DNA of 64,000 bases from Candidatus Omnitrophota bacterium (GTDB lineage Bacteria > Omnitrophota > Gorgyraeia > Duberdicusellales > 4484-171): NCBI GenBank assembly GCA_037146775.1, contig JBAWWL010000010.1, positions 12,963-76,962 of the forward strand, read 5' to 3'. The translations under genes were made by a program, and so were the position numbers. Each line of letters opens with the position of its first letter. Position 1 is the stretch's first letter. The notes beneath the pieces were generated by a model that saw only the letters and a program-made list of their open reading frames with translations, was not told where the DNA came from and did no database searches. Below, in pieces: positions 37,231 through 46,759 of the stretch.

Positions 37231-38247
37231 TTATACGGTCGGCGCAATTCTTTTAAATACATCCTCCATAAATTTTTCTTCGTCATCGATTTCTATTTCT
37301 ACCTCGAGAACGTAACAGGGTAGTTGTGTAATATTGTCGGGGATGTGATAAGTATCTTTTTGGGTCATAATGATCGCATCAATACCGTTTGTTTTAAGTT
37401 GCTCTTGTAATCGCCTAAATTCTTCACTGGTAAATTCGTGGTGGTCGGGATAGGCTATGGTTTTGACTATATCGAGCTTACATTCTCGCAATTTGTTAAA
37501 GAATCCTTGCGGGTACCCTATTGCGGCAATAGCGGCGATTCTTTTTCCCTGTAAAGTAGCCATACAGATCTCGTTTTTACTAAAATCAAGCAATCGTTTA
37601 GGTTTGTAAGTGAATGAATAAATTGCAAGGTGGGGAAAAATTCTCCATAGGCGCGCTTTTATTTCCTGCCAGTCGGATAATTCCTCTCGGTAACTTATAA
37701 AAAGTATATTCGCCCGGTTAAGCGATGAAAGTGGCTCGCGAAAAAAATACGCAGGAATAAGATGTGTGTTTCCTTTGAATTCCCGAGCGGCCATAATAAC
37801 GATATCTAGGTCTCGTTTTAACTTGCGATGCTGAAAGCCGTCATCAAGAATAAAAATATTATAATCGGGAGATAACTTTTTAGCTAGGGCAGCCCTGTTA
37901 ATGTTGGAAAAAACGATCGCGCCTTTTTCTTTCAGCAGCTTCTCTTCGTCATTTCCGTAACCCCGGCGTAAAATAGCTATGCGATAACAACCGGTTAATT
38001 TACGGTATAGGTAGAGCGCCAAAGTGGTTTTTCCAGATCCGGCCCAGGAAAGATTGCCGATGCTGATAACTTTTTTGTCAATTTGTGTCGAAGAGAAGAC
38101 CCCTTTGTCGTATGAAAAGTTACGTATACGTACTATAAATCCGTACAGCAGCGAAAGAGCTACGAGAAAAGAATAAATAATATTCTCATACACATTTTTA
38201 TTGTTTTTTTCAAGAAGAGAAAGGTACCGGCGTTTTAATGATGTCAT
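37231..38247 (-). CDS. lpxK: Tetraacyldisaccharide 4'-kinase
   Basis: SIGNLSWAGSGKT, RRGYG, LDDGFQH, YPDHH. Confidence 0.92.
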   Translation of the reverse strand: MTSLKRRYLSLLEKNNKNVYENIIYSFLVALSLLYGFIVRIRNFSYDKGVFSSTQIDKKVISIGNLSWAGSGKTTLALYLYRKLTGCYRIAILRRGYGNDEEKLLKEKGAIVFSNINRAALAKKLSPDYNIFILDDGFQHRKLKRDLDIVIMAAREFKGNTHLIPAYFFREPLSSLNRANILFISYREELSDWQEIKARLWRIFPHLAIYSFTYKPKRLLDFSKNEICMATLQGKRIAAIAAIGYPQGFFNKLRECKLDIVKTIAYPDHHEFTSEEFRRLQEQLKTNGIDAIIMTQKDTYHIPDNITQLPCYVLEVEIEIDDEEKFMEDVFKRIAPTV

Positions 38248-38248
38248 A

Positions 38249-39520
38249 TTAGTTAAGACTTTTGATTACTAGTTTTAAATTTTCGTCAAGACTTTTACGC
38301 TCGTCTTCAAAAACTTTCATGCATCGTATTCTTAAATTTTGGCGTAAAACAGGATTCTTGATAAGTGCGAGAATTGCTTCTTCTAGGGCTTTTTCGTCTT
38401 TTGCTTGGATACCGGCACCCTTGGCTAAAATAATTTCTTCAATATCTTTAAAGTTATTCATCGAAGGGCCGAATATGGTAGGTTTAAGGAAGTAGACCGG
38501 TTCAAGGATATTCTGGCCGCCGTGAGGTACAAAACTTCCTCCCACTACGCAAATGTCGCTTAAGCTGTAAAAATAAAGCAATTCACCAATAGTATCCAGA
38601 AGAAACACGTTGGCCATCGTTTGACTTTTCGTGTGGGTGCTTAACCTCAATGTTTTTATTCCGAATGACGCCGCTATTTTTTCTATAACCGGGACTCGTT
38701 CGATATGCCGCGGGGCAATAATTAATGATATTTTTTCTTCCAATTGCGCAAAGTTTTTATACAACCTTAACAGCATTTCTTCCTCGGGCTCGTGAGTACT
38801 GCCGGCAATCAAGACGAGCGAAGCATTTTGTCTTAGGATAGGCATATATTTCTCTTTGATGGCTGCCAGATATTGATCATCTATCGAAATGCTTTCAAAT
38901 TTCATATTTCCGCTGACCATAACGTGTTCTTCTTTGCAGCCTAAAGCCAGAAAGCGCTTTTTATAATGCTGATTTTGGGCGCCTACAAAATTACATTGGC
39001 GCATTACCAGTTTTGTAATGGGCCGGGCAAGCCGGTAGCGCCGAAATGCTTTATCGGAAATCCGGCCGTTCACAATAACGATAGGAATATGTTTTTGCCT
39101 CAGGCGATGAAAAAGATTCGGCCACACTTCTGTCTCGGCAGCGATAAAAATCTTTGGCCGGATAATGCGTAATACCCGTTCCAGGACAAGCGAGAGGTCG
39201 AACGGAAAAAAGAAAATGGTAGCATACGAAGAGTACTTCTTTTTCGCTACCGCATTGCCGGTAAGCGTGGTGGTAGTGATTACGATAGGATAGTTGTATA
39301 CCTGCCGCAGCCGTTTAATAAATTCTCCGACAAGGATCACTTCGCCCACGCTCACTACTTGTATCCAGATGGATGCTTCGTTTTTGGTGCGTGTGATGTG
39401 GCCGAATTTCTCTTTTAGTGCCGCGAGATTTATTTTTTTACGCCGTGCATAAAAAGGTAAATAAAGTACCAACCCAATGAAAAAAATTATATCGTACACT
39501 AAAAAAATGATTGTTGACAA
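38249..39520 (-). CDS. waaA: Kdo transferase
   Basis: VSVGEV, ETEVWPN, NGRISD, APRHIER, GGQNILEP; TTG start uncertain. Confidence 0.92.
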   Translation of the reverse strand: MSTIIFLVYDIIFFIGLVLYLPFYARRKKINLAALKEKFGHITRTKNEASIWIQVVSVGEVILVGEFIKRLRQVYNYPIVITTTTLTGNAVAKKKYSSYATIFFFPFDLSLVLERVLRIIRPKIFIAAETEVWPNLFHRLRQKHIPIVIVNGRISDKAFRRYRLARPITKLVMRQCNFVGAQNQHYKKRFLALGCKEEHVMVSGNMKFESISIDDQYLAAIKEKYMPILRQNASLVLIAGSTHEPEEEMLLRLYKNFAQLEEKISLIIAPRHIERVPVIEKIAASFGIKTLRLSTHTKSQTMANVFLLDTIGELLYFYSLSDICVVGGSFVPHGGQNILEPVYFLKPTIFGPSMNNFKDIEEIILAKGAGIQAKDEKALEEAILALIKNPVLRQNLRIRCMKVFEDERKSLDENLKLVIKSLN

Positions 39521-39540
39521 AAAACCCCCTTCCGTTATGT

Positions 39541-39622
39541 GGAGCCGCAGCTTTCTGGGTAATATCGAAACTGCTCGTGCTGGCTCATCCGATAGACCCG
39601 TCTTCAGACGGAAAACCCAGAT
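39541..39622. ncRNA. Candidate structured RNA in xerC-waaA intergenic region
   Basis: GC-rich nested stems and a possible pseudoknot; no family recognised. Confidence 0.3.
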
Positions 39623-39679
39623 GGTGTGAAAAATCTTATTTTATCACAGAAACCGTGATTAGCAAAGGTGGAGCAATTA

Positions 39680-40558
39680 TTATGCTCGTGGATGGGTTTT
39701 GTCGTAAACTTTTTTTAAGGTATCTATGGTGAGATGGGTGTATATTTGGGTGGTCGAAATATTAGAGTGGCCGAGAAGTTCCTGGACGCTTCGTAGATCT
39801 GCCCCCCGGTTTAGGAGGTGTGTTGCGAAAGAATGCCGGAATGTATGGGGAGAAACTTTTAGAGAAGTAGCTGCTTTTTTGAGATAGCGCGTAATAATAC
39901 TCCTTACCCCCCGATCAGTTAACGAACCGGCCCTGTGATTAATGAACAGTGAATCATTTTTATCAATGCGTTTATCCAGATAGTGCTTAAGGCTCATGAT
40001 GGCAGGTTCTCCCATTGGTAATAATCGTTCTTTACGTCCTTTGCCCATGACCTTGGCTATGCCGCTAATAATGTCGACATCGTTAATTTTAAGCGACACT
40101 AATTCTGAAACGCGCGCTCCGGTGGAATACAAAAATTCCAACATGGCTTTATCGCGTAGCGTCATCACATCATCACCTTGGGGCAGCGCCAGGATGGTGT
40201 TGGTTTGCTCCTCTGTCAAAAAGTTTGGTAAATTTTTTTCCAGCCGCGGATAGATAAGCGATGCTGCGGGGCTGGTTTTTATTTCTTCTTCGCGGACCAT
40301 GAATTTAAAAAAACTCTTGAGGGTTGATATCTTACGTGAAACGCTGCGTTTATTAAGGTTCTTTTCCGAAAGGTTAGCCAGGTATTTTCGCAAAATGAAA
40401 TAGTCGATATTCTTTATATCCCGTCCCCCCTGGCTGTCGAGAAACTGTTCAAATTCTTTTAGGTCAATTTTGTAATTTGTTAGGGTGTGAGGTGAGTAGT
40501 TTCGTTCAATAGACAGATGGTTGAAAAATTTATCTGTGTAATATGAAAAAGGAATCAT
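39680..40558 (-). CDS. xerC: Tyrosine recombinase XerC
   Basis: LYSTGARVSEL, GKGRKER, HTFRHSFATHLL, LLGHSNISTTQIYTH; after topA. Confidence 0.9.
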   Translation of the reverse strand: MIPFSYYTDKFFNHLSIERNYSPHTLTNYKIDLKEFEQFLDSQGGRDIKNIDYFILRKYLANLSEKNLNKRSVSRKISTLKSFFKFMVREEEIKTSPAASLIYPRLEKNLPNFLTEEQTNTILALPQGDDVMTLRDKAMLEFLYSTGARVSELVSLKINDVDIISGIAKVMGKGRKERLLPMGEPAIMSLKHYLDKRIDKNDSLFINHRAGSLTDRGVRSIITRYLKKAATSLKVSPHTFRHSFATHLLNRGADLRSVQELLGHSNISTTQIYTHLTIDTLKKVYDKTHPRA

Positions 40559-40596
40559 ATAATTAGTAGCACATGTTTACCGGCCAATATATTGTC

Positions 40597-42618
40597 CTAT
40601 GTATTTGTTTCTTCAGAAGAGTCGTTGCTTTCTTCTCCCGGTGTCGGCTCGATGTTTTCGTTTTGCTGACCGTCAGGTGCATTAACGTCGGGAAGTTTGC
40701 GGCTCGTATAGCGACACTGGGGAAATTTTGAACAACCATAAAAATTTTGTCCCCGCTTGTTCCGTCTTTCGATAAGCTTACCTTCTTTGCACCCCGGACA
40801 GGCAACTTCGGTGGTAATGCTTTCGGCGTAACGGCACACGGGAAAAGTTGAGCAGCTCAAGAATTTTCCCCGGCGCGACCATTTCACTACCAGCGGTTGA
40901 TTACACTTTGGGCAGTTTTTCCCCGCGAATTCAATTTCTTTTTTAATGATGTTTGTTGCTTGGTCGATTTTTTCTTTAAACGGAGGATAAAATTCTTTTA
41001 AAATTTGATGCCACTCGATTTTTCCTTCTTCGATTTCATCGAGTTCCTCTTCCATGTGTGCGGTAAAATCCTCGTTCATGATTTCAGCGAAATGTTCAAC
41101 TAGCAATTCGCTCACCTTTATCCCCAAGTCCGTGGGGATAAAGCAGTTACGTTCGCGCTTCAGATAGTTCCTCATTAAAAGCGTATGTATGGTCGGCGCA
41201 TACGTTGAAGGCCTGCCGATACCTTTTTCTTCTAACAACTTTACCAGGGAAGCGTCGTTAAATCGTGCCGGCGGTTTCGTGGTATGGTCTTGGATTTCAT
41301 AACTGTTTAAGGTAAGGGTTTGGCCGTTTTCCATTTCTGGCAGGGTAATTTGTTCTTCTTCTCGTTCGTACACCTTTAAAAAGCCCTCAAAAAGAAGTTT
41401 TTTCCCTTCGGCGACACATTCAGCATTGTTGGAAGAAATGGTGACTTTAGTATTTTCTAAAATCGCTTCAGACATGCGCGTTGCCAGAAACCTTCTCCAA
41501 ATTAGTTCATAAAGTTTTGCTTCGTCGGTGGTTATACAATCGGCGATCTGTAAGGGTTGACGATTAACACCGGTAGGCCGTATTGCCTCATGGGCAAGTT
41601 GAGCGCCTTTTTTAATCTTATATTTATATTCTTTTCCGGCGAGATAGTCATTCCCGTACACTTTGACAATAAAATCTTTTGCTTCTTGCTTCGCGCGTGG
41701 CGCGACTTGGAATGAATCCGTACGCATATAGGTAATTAAACCAACCATATTTTCTTTTATTTGTGCGCCTTCATATAATCGCTGCGCAATGAGCATTGTT
41801 TTTTGCGACGAAAACCGTAATCGGTTAAACGCATCTTGCTGCAGGAGTGATGTCGTATACGGCGGCGGCGGCCGGCGGACGATTTGTTTTTTCTTAGTAT
41901 GTTTGACTGTATAGTGCTCGTTTTTTATAGCTTCAATACAGCTGACAGCATCCTCTTTCGTATCAAAGACCGCCTCTTTTCCTTTATATTTTTCTAGTTT
42001 CGCCTTAAAAGTAGTGCCGTTAAACGAAAAAGTTATTTCAATGCCATAGGTAGTTTTTGGCACAAAACTTTTAATTTCTTTTTCTCGTTCAACAATAAAT
42101 TTAAGTGTAACTGACTGGACTCTCCCCGCAGAAAGACCGCGCACTACTTTTTTCCACAGAAGCGGCGAGAGATGATAACCGACGATGCGATCGAGCAGGC
42201 GTCGGGCGATTTGAGAATTAACTTTGTTGGTATCCAGTTCTCCCGGTTGAGCGATGGCTTCTTTGATTGCTTCCTCAGTTATTTCATGGAAAACAATCCG
42301 CTGGAATTTTTTTGCTACTTTCGTTAATTTTTCTCTGATATGCCAACCGATCGCCTCTCCTTCCCGGTCAGGATCGGTTGCGATGTATACGATTTCTTTA
42401 TTTTTTGCCATTTTTTTTAGCTGAGTGATAATTTTTTCTTTACCGGGTATAACGCGATAATGAGGAAGAAAATTATTGTCTACTTCAATAGAAAGTTTCT
42501 TAGCTGGGAGGTCAACCAGATGCCCCATCGAAGAGGTAACCTCGTAATCTTTTCCTAAAATTCCCATGATGGTCCGAGCTTTCGTCGGTGACTCAACAAT
42601 AACAAGATATTTACTCAT
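40597..42618 (-). CDS. topA: DNA topoisomerase I
   Basis: VIVESPTKA, ATDPDREGE, SAGRVQS, ITYMRTDS, GIGRPSTY, zinc ribbons. Confidence 0.97.
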   Translation of the reverse strand: MSKYLVIVESPTKARTIMGILGKDYEVTSSMGHLVDLPAKKLSIEVDNNFLPHYRVIPGKEKIITQLKKMAKNKEIVYIATDPDREGEAIGWHIREKLTKVAKKFQRIVFHEITEEAIKEAIAQPGELDTNKVNSQIARRLLDRIVGYHLSPLLWKKVVRGLSAGRVQSVTLKFIVEREKEIKSFVPKTTYGIEITFSFNGTTFKAKLEKYKGKEAVFDTKEDAVSCIEAIKNEHYTVKHTKKKQIVRRPPPPYTTSLLQQDAFNRLRFSSQKTMLIAQRLYEGAQIKENMVGLITYMRTDSFQVAPRAKQEAKDFIVKVYGNDYLAGKEYKYKIKKGAQLAHEAIRPTGVNRQPLQIADCITTDEAKLYELIWRRFLATRMSEAILENTKVTISSNNAECVAEGKKLLFEGFLKVYEREEEQITLPEMENGQTLTLNSYEIQDHTTKPPARFNDASLVKLLEEKGIGRPSTYAPTIHTLLMRNYLKRERNCFIPTDLGIKVSELLVEHFAEIMNEDFTAHMEEELDEIEEGKIEWHQILKEFYPPFKEKIDQATNIIKKEIEFAGKNCPKCNQPLVVKWSRRGKFLSCSTFPVCRYAESITTEVACPGCKEGKLIERRNKRGQNFYGCSKFPQCRYTSRKLPDVNAPDGQQNENIEPTPGEESNDSSEETNT

Positions 42619-42623
42619 AGTAT

Positions 42624-43697
42624 TTATGTACGTACGAAATAGGAGGGTTTAACTTCCTTTACCACTCCTTTTAGTTGCAGATTGAGAATAATTTTATTGA
42701 CCAGAGATTGTTCGAGATGGCATTTTTGTATAATTTCTTCAAGATGTGCTCCCTCTTTATCGAGCAGGGAAAAAACCGCCTGCTCCTCTTTAGGTAACGA
42801 TAGCGTGTGGTCGTTAGTCTTCTTGGTATCGAAACTGACATGAAGTTCTTCCAGAATATCTTTTGCGGCGTCTACGAGTTTAGCTCCTTCTTTGATCAGC
42901 GAGTGCGTGCCCTGGCTTAGTGGTGAGTCGGCTTTACCTGGTATAGCGAATACTTCCCGGTTTTGTTCGAGGGCATAATGTGCGGTAATCAACGCGCCGC
43001 TACGCTGGGCAGCTTCGACTACCAATACTCCTTTTGAGAGGCCGCTGACAATGCGGTTCCGGCGCGGGAAATTCTCTTGGCGCGGCGGTTCGTTCATAGG
43101 AAATTCGGAGATCAGCGCACCGGTGTCAGCGATACGTTCAGAAAGCTGTGTATTCTCTTTCGGGTAAATATTACATAATCCACTTCCCAAAACGGCGATT
43201 GTTTTGCCGCACTTTAGCGCTCCCTTGTGCGCGGCGGTATCTATTCCTCTCGCCAATCCGGAGACGATAATCATACCTAGAGAAGCCAGGGTATAAGAAA
43301 ATTCTTCCGCCATGGTAATGCCGTAGATAGTTGGAATACGCGTCCCTACGATTGCAAATAAAAATTCGTTCAAAATATCAACATTTCCTTTAATGTAAAG
43401 TATCAGAGGCGGATGGCTTATTTCCTTTAAGAGCTTGGGGTAGTGGGCGTCAAAAATATCAATGACATGTATTTTTTTATGGGCAATCAGCGCGAATTCT
43501 TTTTCCAGGAGTCCGGAACTCCTGATATGTAATATTTCGTCTATATCTTTTTGAGTAAGCGAAGGAATTCCTCTTAAAGTCTTTGCGTCTGCTTCAAGAA
43601 TAGCTTGTGGGTCCGTGAGGACTGAAAGAATGTCTTCGCGCTTCTTGGGGCTAAGCGCAGGAATTAAGTTTAGTAAAATAGAACCGGTTTTGGCCAT
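42624..43697 (-). CDS. dprA: DNA processing protein DprA
   Basis: AIVGTR, VSGLARGIDTAAH, FPRRNRIVSGL, VVEAAQRSGALIT. Confidence 0.96.
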   Translation of the reverse strand: MAKTGSILLNLIPALSPKKREDILSVLTDPQAILEADAKTLRGIPSLTQKDIDEILHIRSSGLLEKEFALIAHKKIHVIDIFDAHYPKLLKEISHPPLILYIKGNVDILNEFLFAIVGTRIPTIYGITMAEEFSYTLASLGMIIVSGLARGIDTAAHKGALKCGKTIAVLGSGLCNIYPKENTQLSERIADTGALISEFPMNEPPRQENFPRRNRIVSGLSKGVLVVEAAQRSGALITAHYALEQNREVFAIPGKADSPLSQGTHSLIKEGAKLVDAAKDILEELHVSFDTKKTNDHTLSLPKEEQAVFSLLDKEGAHLEEIIQKCHLEQSLVNKIILNLQLKGVVKEVKPSYFVRT

Positions 43698-43727
43698 ATT
43701 CGTTAGTTACTGATTGTATCTATAAAT

Positions 43728-44252
43728 CTAGCTATTTTCACACCGATCGAATTTGCTTAGAATAGCTACAATGGCGTTTGCGACCTCCTCTGGAGTCTTT
43801 TGTTCTGTATCAATTGTATAGTGTGCACGAGCATAATACGGTTTTCGTTTTCGTAATAATGTTTTGATGTGTGCCAAGGGATCCTTAACGTTAAGAAGCG
43901 GCCTGTGGGTGAAATTTTTCGTGCGGTTATAAATCGTTTCGCTGGATGCCGACAGATTAAATACGATACCGGTATTCTTTAATATGCGCGCGTTATCATC
44001 GTTACAGATAAGACCTCCTCCGCAGCTTACCACAAGAGCAGTCTTTAAGGATAAGTTTTTTAGCAATTCGCTTTCTATCTGCCGAAAGCGTTTTTCGCCG
44101 GATTCAGAAAAAATGTCGGCGATCTTTTTATGTTCTTTTTTTTCAATAAGTTCATCGAGCTCAACAAACTTTTTATGCAGCTTATTAGCAAGTAATTTTC
44201 CGACAGTGGTTTTTCCGGTACCCATAAAACCAACGAGATAAATATTTTTCAT
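43728..44252 (-). CDS. aroK: Shikimate kinase
   Basis: LVGFMGTGKTTVG, GEKRFR, SCGGG, RPLL. Confidence 0.95.
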   Translation of the reverse strand: MKNIYLVGFMGTGKTTVGKLLANKLHKKFVELDELIEKKEHKKIADIFSESGEKRFRQIESELLKNLSLKTALVVSCGGGLICNDDNARILKNTGIVFNLSASSETIYNRTKNFTHRPLLNVKDPLAHIKTLLRKRKPYYARAHYTIDTEQKTPEEVANAIVAILSKFDRCENS

Positions 44253-44349
44253 AACCATAGCATTATTAACATAATGCACGTCTTTGTCAACAGGGTAACA
44301 GAAACCATCCAGCCATTGCGAATTAATGTTTTTGTCGGCCGTAGATTTC

Positions 44350-44892
44350 TTATTTGCCTTTTCTTTTTTTAGAAACCGGTTTTTTCTTTAAAGCTATTTT
44401 TTTCTTTGTGGCAAATTTATTCTTTTCGCTCATTTGACGTGTGGCGACGGTGGTTGCTTGAGTGGGCGTGGTTTGGGTAGGCGTTATTTCTTTTGGTTTA
44501 TTGTCGAAGTTTCCCCTGAATGAATTTCCTGCTTTGCGGCGAGAAAAACATACTTGGCAATATACCAAACGTCCTTCAACCGGCCTAAAGGGAACTTGGC
44601 ATTCTTTTCTGCAATCAGCACAAATTGTTTTATACATGATTCTTTCTCTATAGCGGTTATCCTGCCGATTACTGCCCGGAAAACGGTTATCTTGTCTTGT
44701 GGCCTGGAGATTATGGTTTGCAGGCTGTTGAAAGGGTTTAGGGAATGATTGAGGAACAGGTTTTACTTCGGCCGGCTTAGGCATTGCTCGATTTATTAAA
44801 GTATCTACTTTTCTTTCAAGCGAACTAAGCTGTTCCTGAAGTTTAGTAATTAAGCCTATAATGTCCGATTCACCCTGCGAATGCTTTTTCAT
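44350..44892 (-). CDS. CxxC-x17-CxxC domain protein
   Basis: ICADCRKECQVPFRPVEGRLVYCQVCF; upstream TTGCTC-17-TACAAT promoter at 44952-44980. Confidence 0.85.
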   Translation of the reverse strand: MKKHSQGESDIIGLITKLQEQLSSLERKVDTLINRAMPKPAEVKPVPQSFPKPFQQPANHNLQATRQDNRFPGSNRQDNRYRERIMYKTICADCRKECQVPFRPVEGRLVYCQVCFSRRKAGNSFRGNFDNKPKEITPTQTTPTQATTVATRQMSEKNKFATKKKIALKKKPVSKKRKGK

Positions 44893-45034
44893 ATTGCACC
44901 CCTATAATTATGATTTATAAATATTAAATATTACGTTCCCAGAACTTAACTATTGTAATACGGGAATTGCTTAGGAGCAAATAAAAAATTGAATACGGGC
45001 CAAAAAACAGATCGCTTGCCCGGTAAAAAACTTT

Positions 45035-45397
45035 TTATTGCATGCGCCAGGCGATCCAGTCGAGTAAAAGTGCGGTAATTTTATGGCATTCGTCGCTGGT
45101 TAACGTACGGCCCTTAGGAATTGAGTGCCATCTAAAAAGGCAGCTGCGACAGCAGGTTGCGGTTGCGCGCAGCGCCTTAAAGACCGGATGACCATTGAAT
45201 GGAGTTTGTTTTCCGTCATCTGTTGGGTTTGCCGGAGCAAGCCGTCTTGCTATGAAATCCTGCGCATGCTGTTTTATCTTTTCGAGTCCTATTTTTTCAA
45301 TATAATCAAAATCTTTTTGATCCAGCTTAAACCGCATACGGAACTTTGATTTTTGGAGATGAGGTAGAAGTTGAGGGAAACTTAGATCACAGGACAT
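45035..45397 (-). CDS. DUF4186 family protein
   Basis: SKFRMRFKL, RLAPA, DGKQTP, HPVF, TATCCR. Confidence 0.85.
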   Translation of the reverse strand: MSCDLSFPQLLPHLQKSKFRMRFKLDQKDFDYIEKIGLEKIKQHAQDFIARRLAPANPTDDGKQTPFNGHPVFKALRATATCCRSCLFRWHSIPKGRTLTSDECHKITALLLDWIAWRMQ

Positions 45398-45436
45398 GAT
45401 TATTACAAAAGTTTGTAGAAGCTGCGTGTTTATGGG

Positions 45437-45901
45437 TTAGCTTTTGTTTTTACGGTTGGTATCTTTCTTGAAAGCTGTATCTATATTTTCTTTCAAGTGT
45501 TTTGCTTTCTTCATTAATTCAATCAATTCGTCTTCTTTCTCGTGCGGTAAATCTTGCGGTTTAACTTCATAAGCCTTTATCAAATTATCAATTACATTTT
45601 GAGCATGTCGAAGAGCAATACGCTGCATATCCTCTTTGGTAATTTTTCGGCTTTTGAGCTTCACTCTCGGACCGGTATAAAAACCTGCTTCTTCCATGTC
45701 GGGGCCATTGTCTTCGTCGTAAGACGCGCTTGTTTCTATTACCTCAAACCTGTGATCTTTTTTGAAAAAATACAAAAAGTCATCGTAGCTTGAAAACTTG
45801 CCGTTAACCGAAGACTCCTTCCATAGCTTTTTTATCGGAACATAGAAATCTTCAGCCTGTTTAAGAATGGTTATAATTTTAGTTAATACCTCTTTCTCCA
45901 T
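45437..45901 (-). CDS. Hypothetical protein
   Basis: 154-aa ORF co-oriented with neighbours. Confidence 0.65.
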   Translation of the reverse strand: MEKEVLTKIITILKQAEDFYVPIKKLWKESSVNGKFSSYDDFLYFFKKDHRFEVIETSASYDEDNGPDMEEAGFYTGPRVKLKSRKITKEDMQRIALRHAQNVIDNLIKAYEVKPQDLPHEKEDELIELMKKAKHLKENIDTAFKKDTNRKNKS

Positions 45902-46019
45902 TTTAAAAATAAACGATCGAGCGTCGATTCCGCTCCGAGAGTAAGAGACGGTTGATAAATTGATGTAACGGGCGATGCTTAATTCGTGCTACGTATTTAT
46001 TAATGTTTATTGATTTATC

Positions 46020-46087
46020 TGACATCTGAAGGTCTGACCCCTAGTAGATTTTGTGACATCTGAAGGTCTGACCCCTAGTAGATTTTG
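46020..46087. repeat. Exact 34-bp tandem duplication TGACATCTGAAGGTCTGACCCCTAGTAGATTTTG
   Basis: Copies at 46020-46053 and 46054-46087. Confidence 0.95.
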
Positions 46088-46755
46088 GAAAGATTTTCTA
46101 TGCCTATTCCAGTATTGCCCGGCGTTGCCCAGCGGCCTATTAATATTTTATCCTCAATTTTATAGTCAACCACGCCTGTATTTTGTCCCACGCCCCAGCT
46201 TACGATCAATAAATCACCCTCAAGAATGCCTATCCCGGAATAACTTTCGGACAATAATGACCAGTTTACTGAATATATTTCGCCATTCTTATTGATTGAA
46301 ACGGTTCCGGCATAATTGCTGCCAGTGTCGGGGTTGTACGCATTGGTTATTTTATATACGCCGCCAAGGCCAGCCGGACCCTCTAAATCTTCCGTGCCGA
46401 TTGAGCCAGATTTTGAACTTGCCCACTTACCTTTTAATTTTGATCCTTCTATTTTATAGGCCACCACCCCGCAATGTGCGCCGGCGTTCCAGCCTACGCA
46501 AAGAACGTTATCGACCAGTATCCCGATACCTTCGTATATGGTAAATTGCGGAACCTTCCAGACGAGCTTATATGTTTCTCCTAGATTAATAATTTGAAGA
46601 ATGCCGGTATACTTTGTTTTGTCCGGATTTACCCCGTAAATTATCTCATACTTTCCCGATAAATCCTTGCGGGGAGAAGCGCTGGTGTCGGCAGGAAAAA
46701 CATTACCGCCAAAGAACACAAACGTCAACAATAGCAGTAGTATAAACTTTCTCAA
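46075..46755 (-). CDS. Secreted protein with two repeated beta-barrel domains
   Basis: Signal; duplicated G.Y.I...NPD...Y.G...I / Y.GIGIL / GVV.YKIE...L.G.W. Confidence 0.75.
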   Translation of the reverse strand: MRKFILLLLLTFVFFGGNVFPADTSASPRKDLSGKYEIIYGVNPDKTKYTGILQIINLGETYKLVWKVPQFTIYEGIGILVDNVLCVGWNAGAHCGVVAYKIEGSKLKGKWASSKSGSIGTEDLEGPAGLGGVYKITNAYNPDTGSNYAGTVSINKNGEIYSVNWSLLSESYSGIGILEGDLLIVSWGVGQNTGVVDYKIEDKILIGRWATPGNTGIGIENLSKIY

Positions 46756-46759
46756 GGGG

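Noticed and set aside
39680-40558. Phage or island integrase
   Set aside because: Housekeeping dprA-topA-xerC context; no att site or cargo
44264-44291. dif-like site (GTTGACAAAGA-CGTGCA-TTATGTTAATA) near the xerC operon
   Set aside because: The XerC arm and spacing fit poorly; better explained as the aroK promoter
46020-46087. Possible CRISPR repeat (34 bp)
   Set aside because: Only two abutting copies, no spacer and no cas genes
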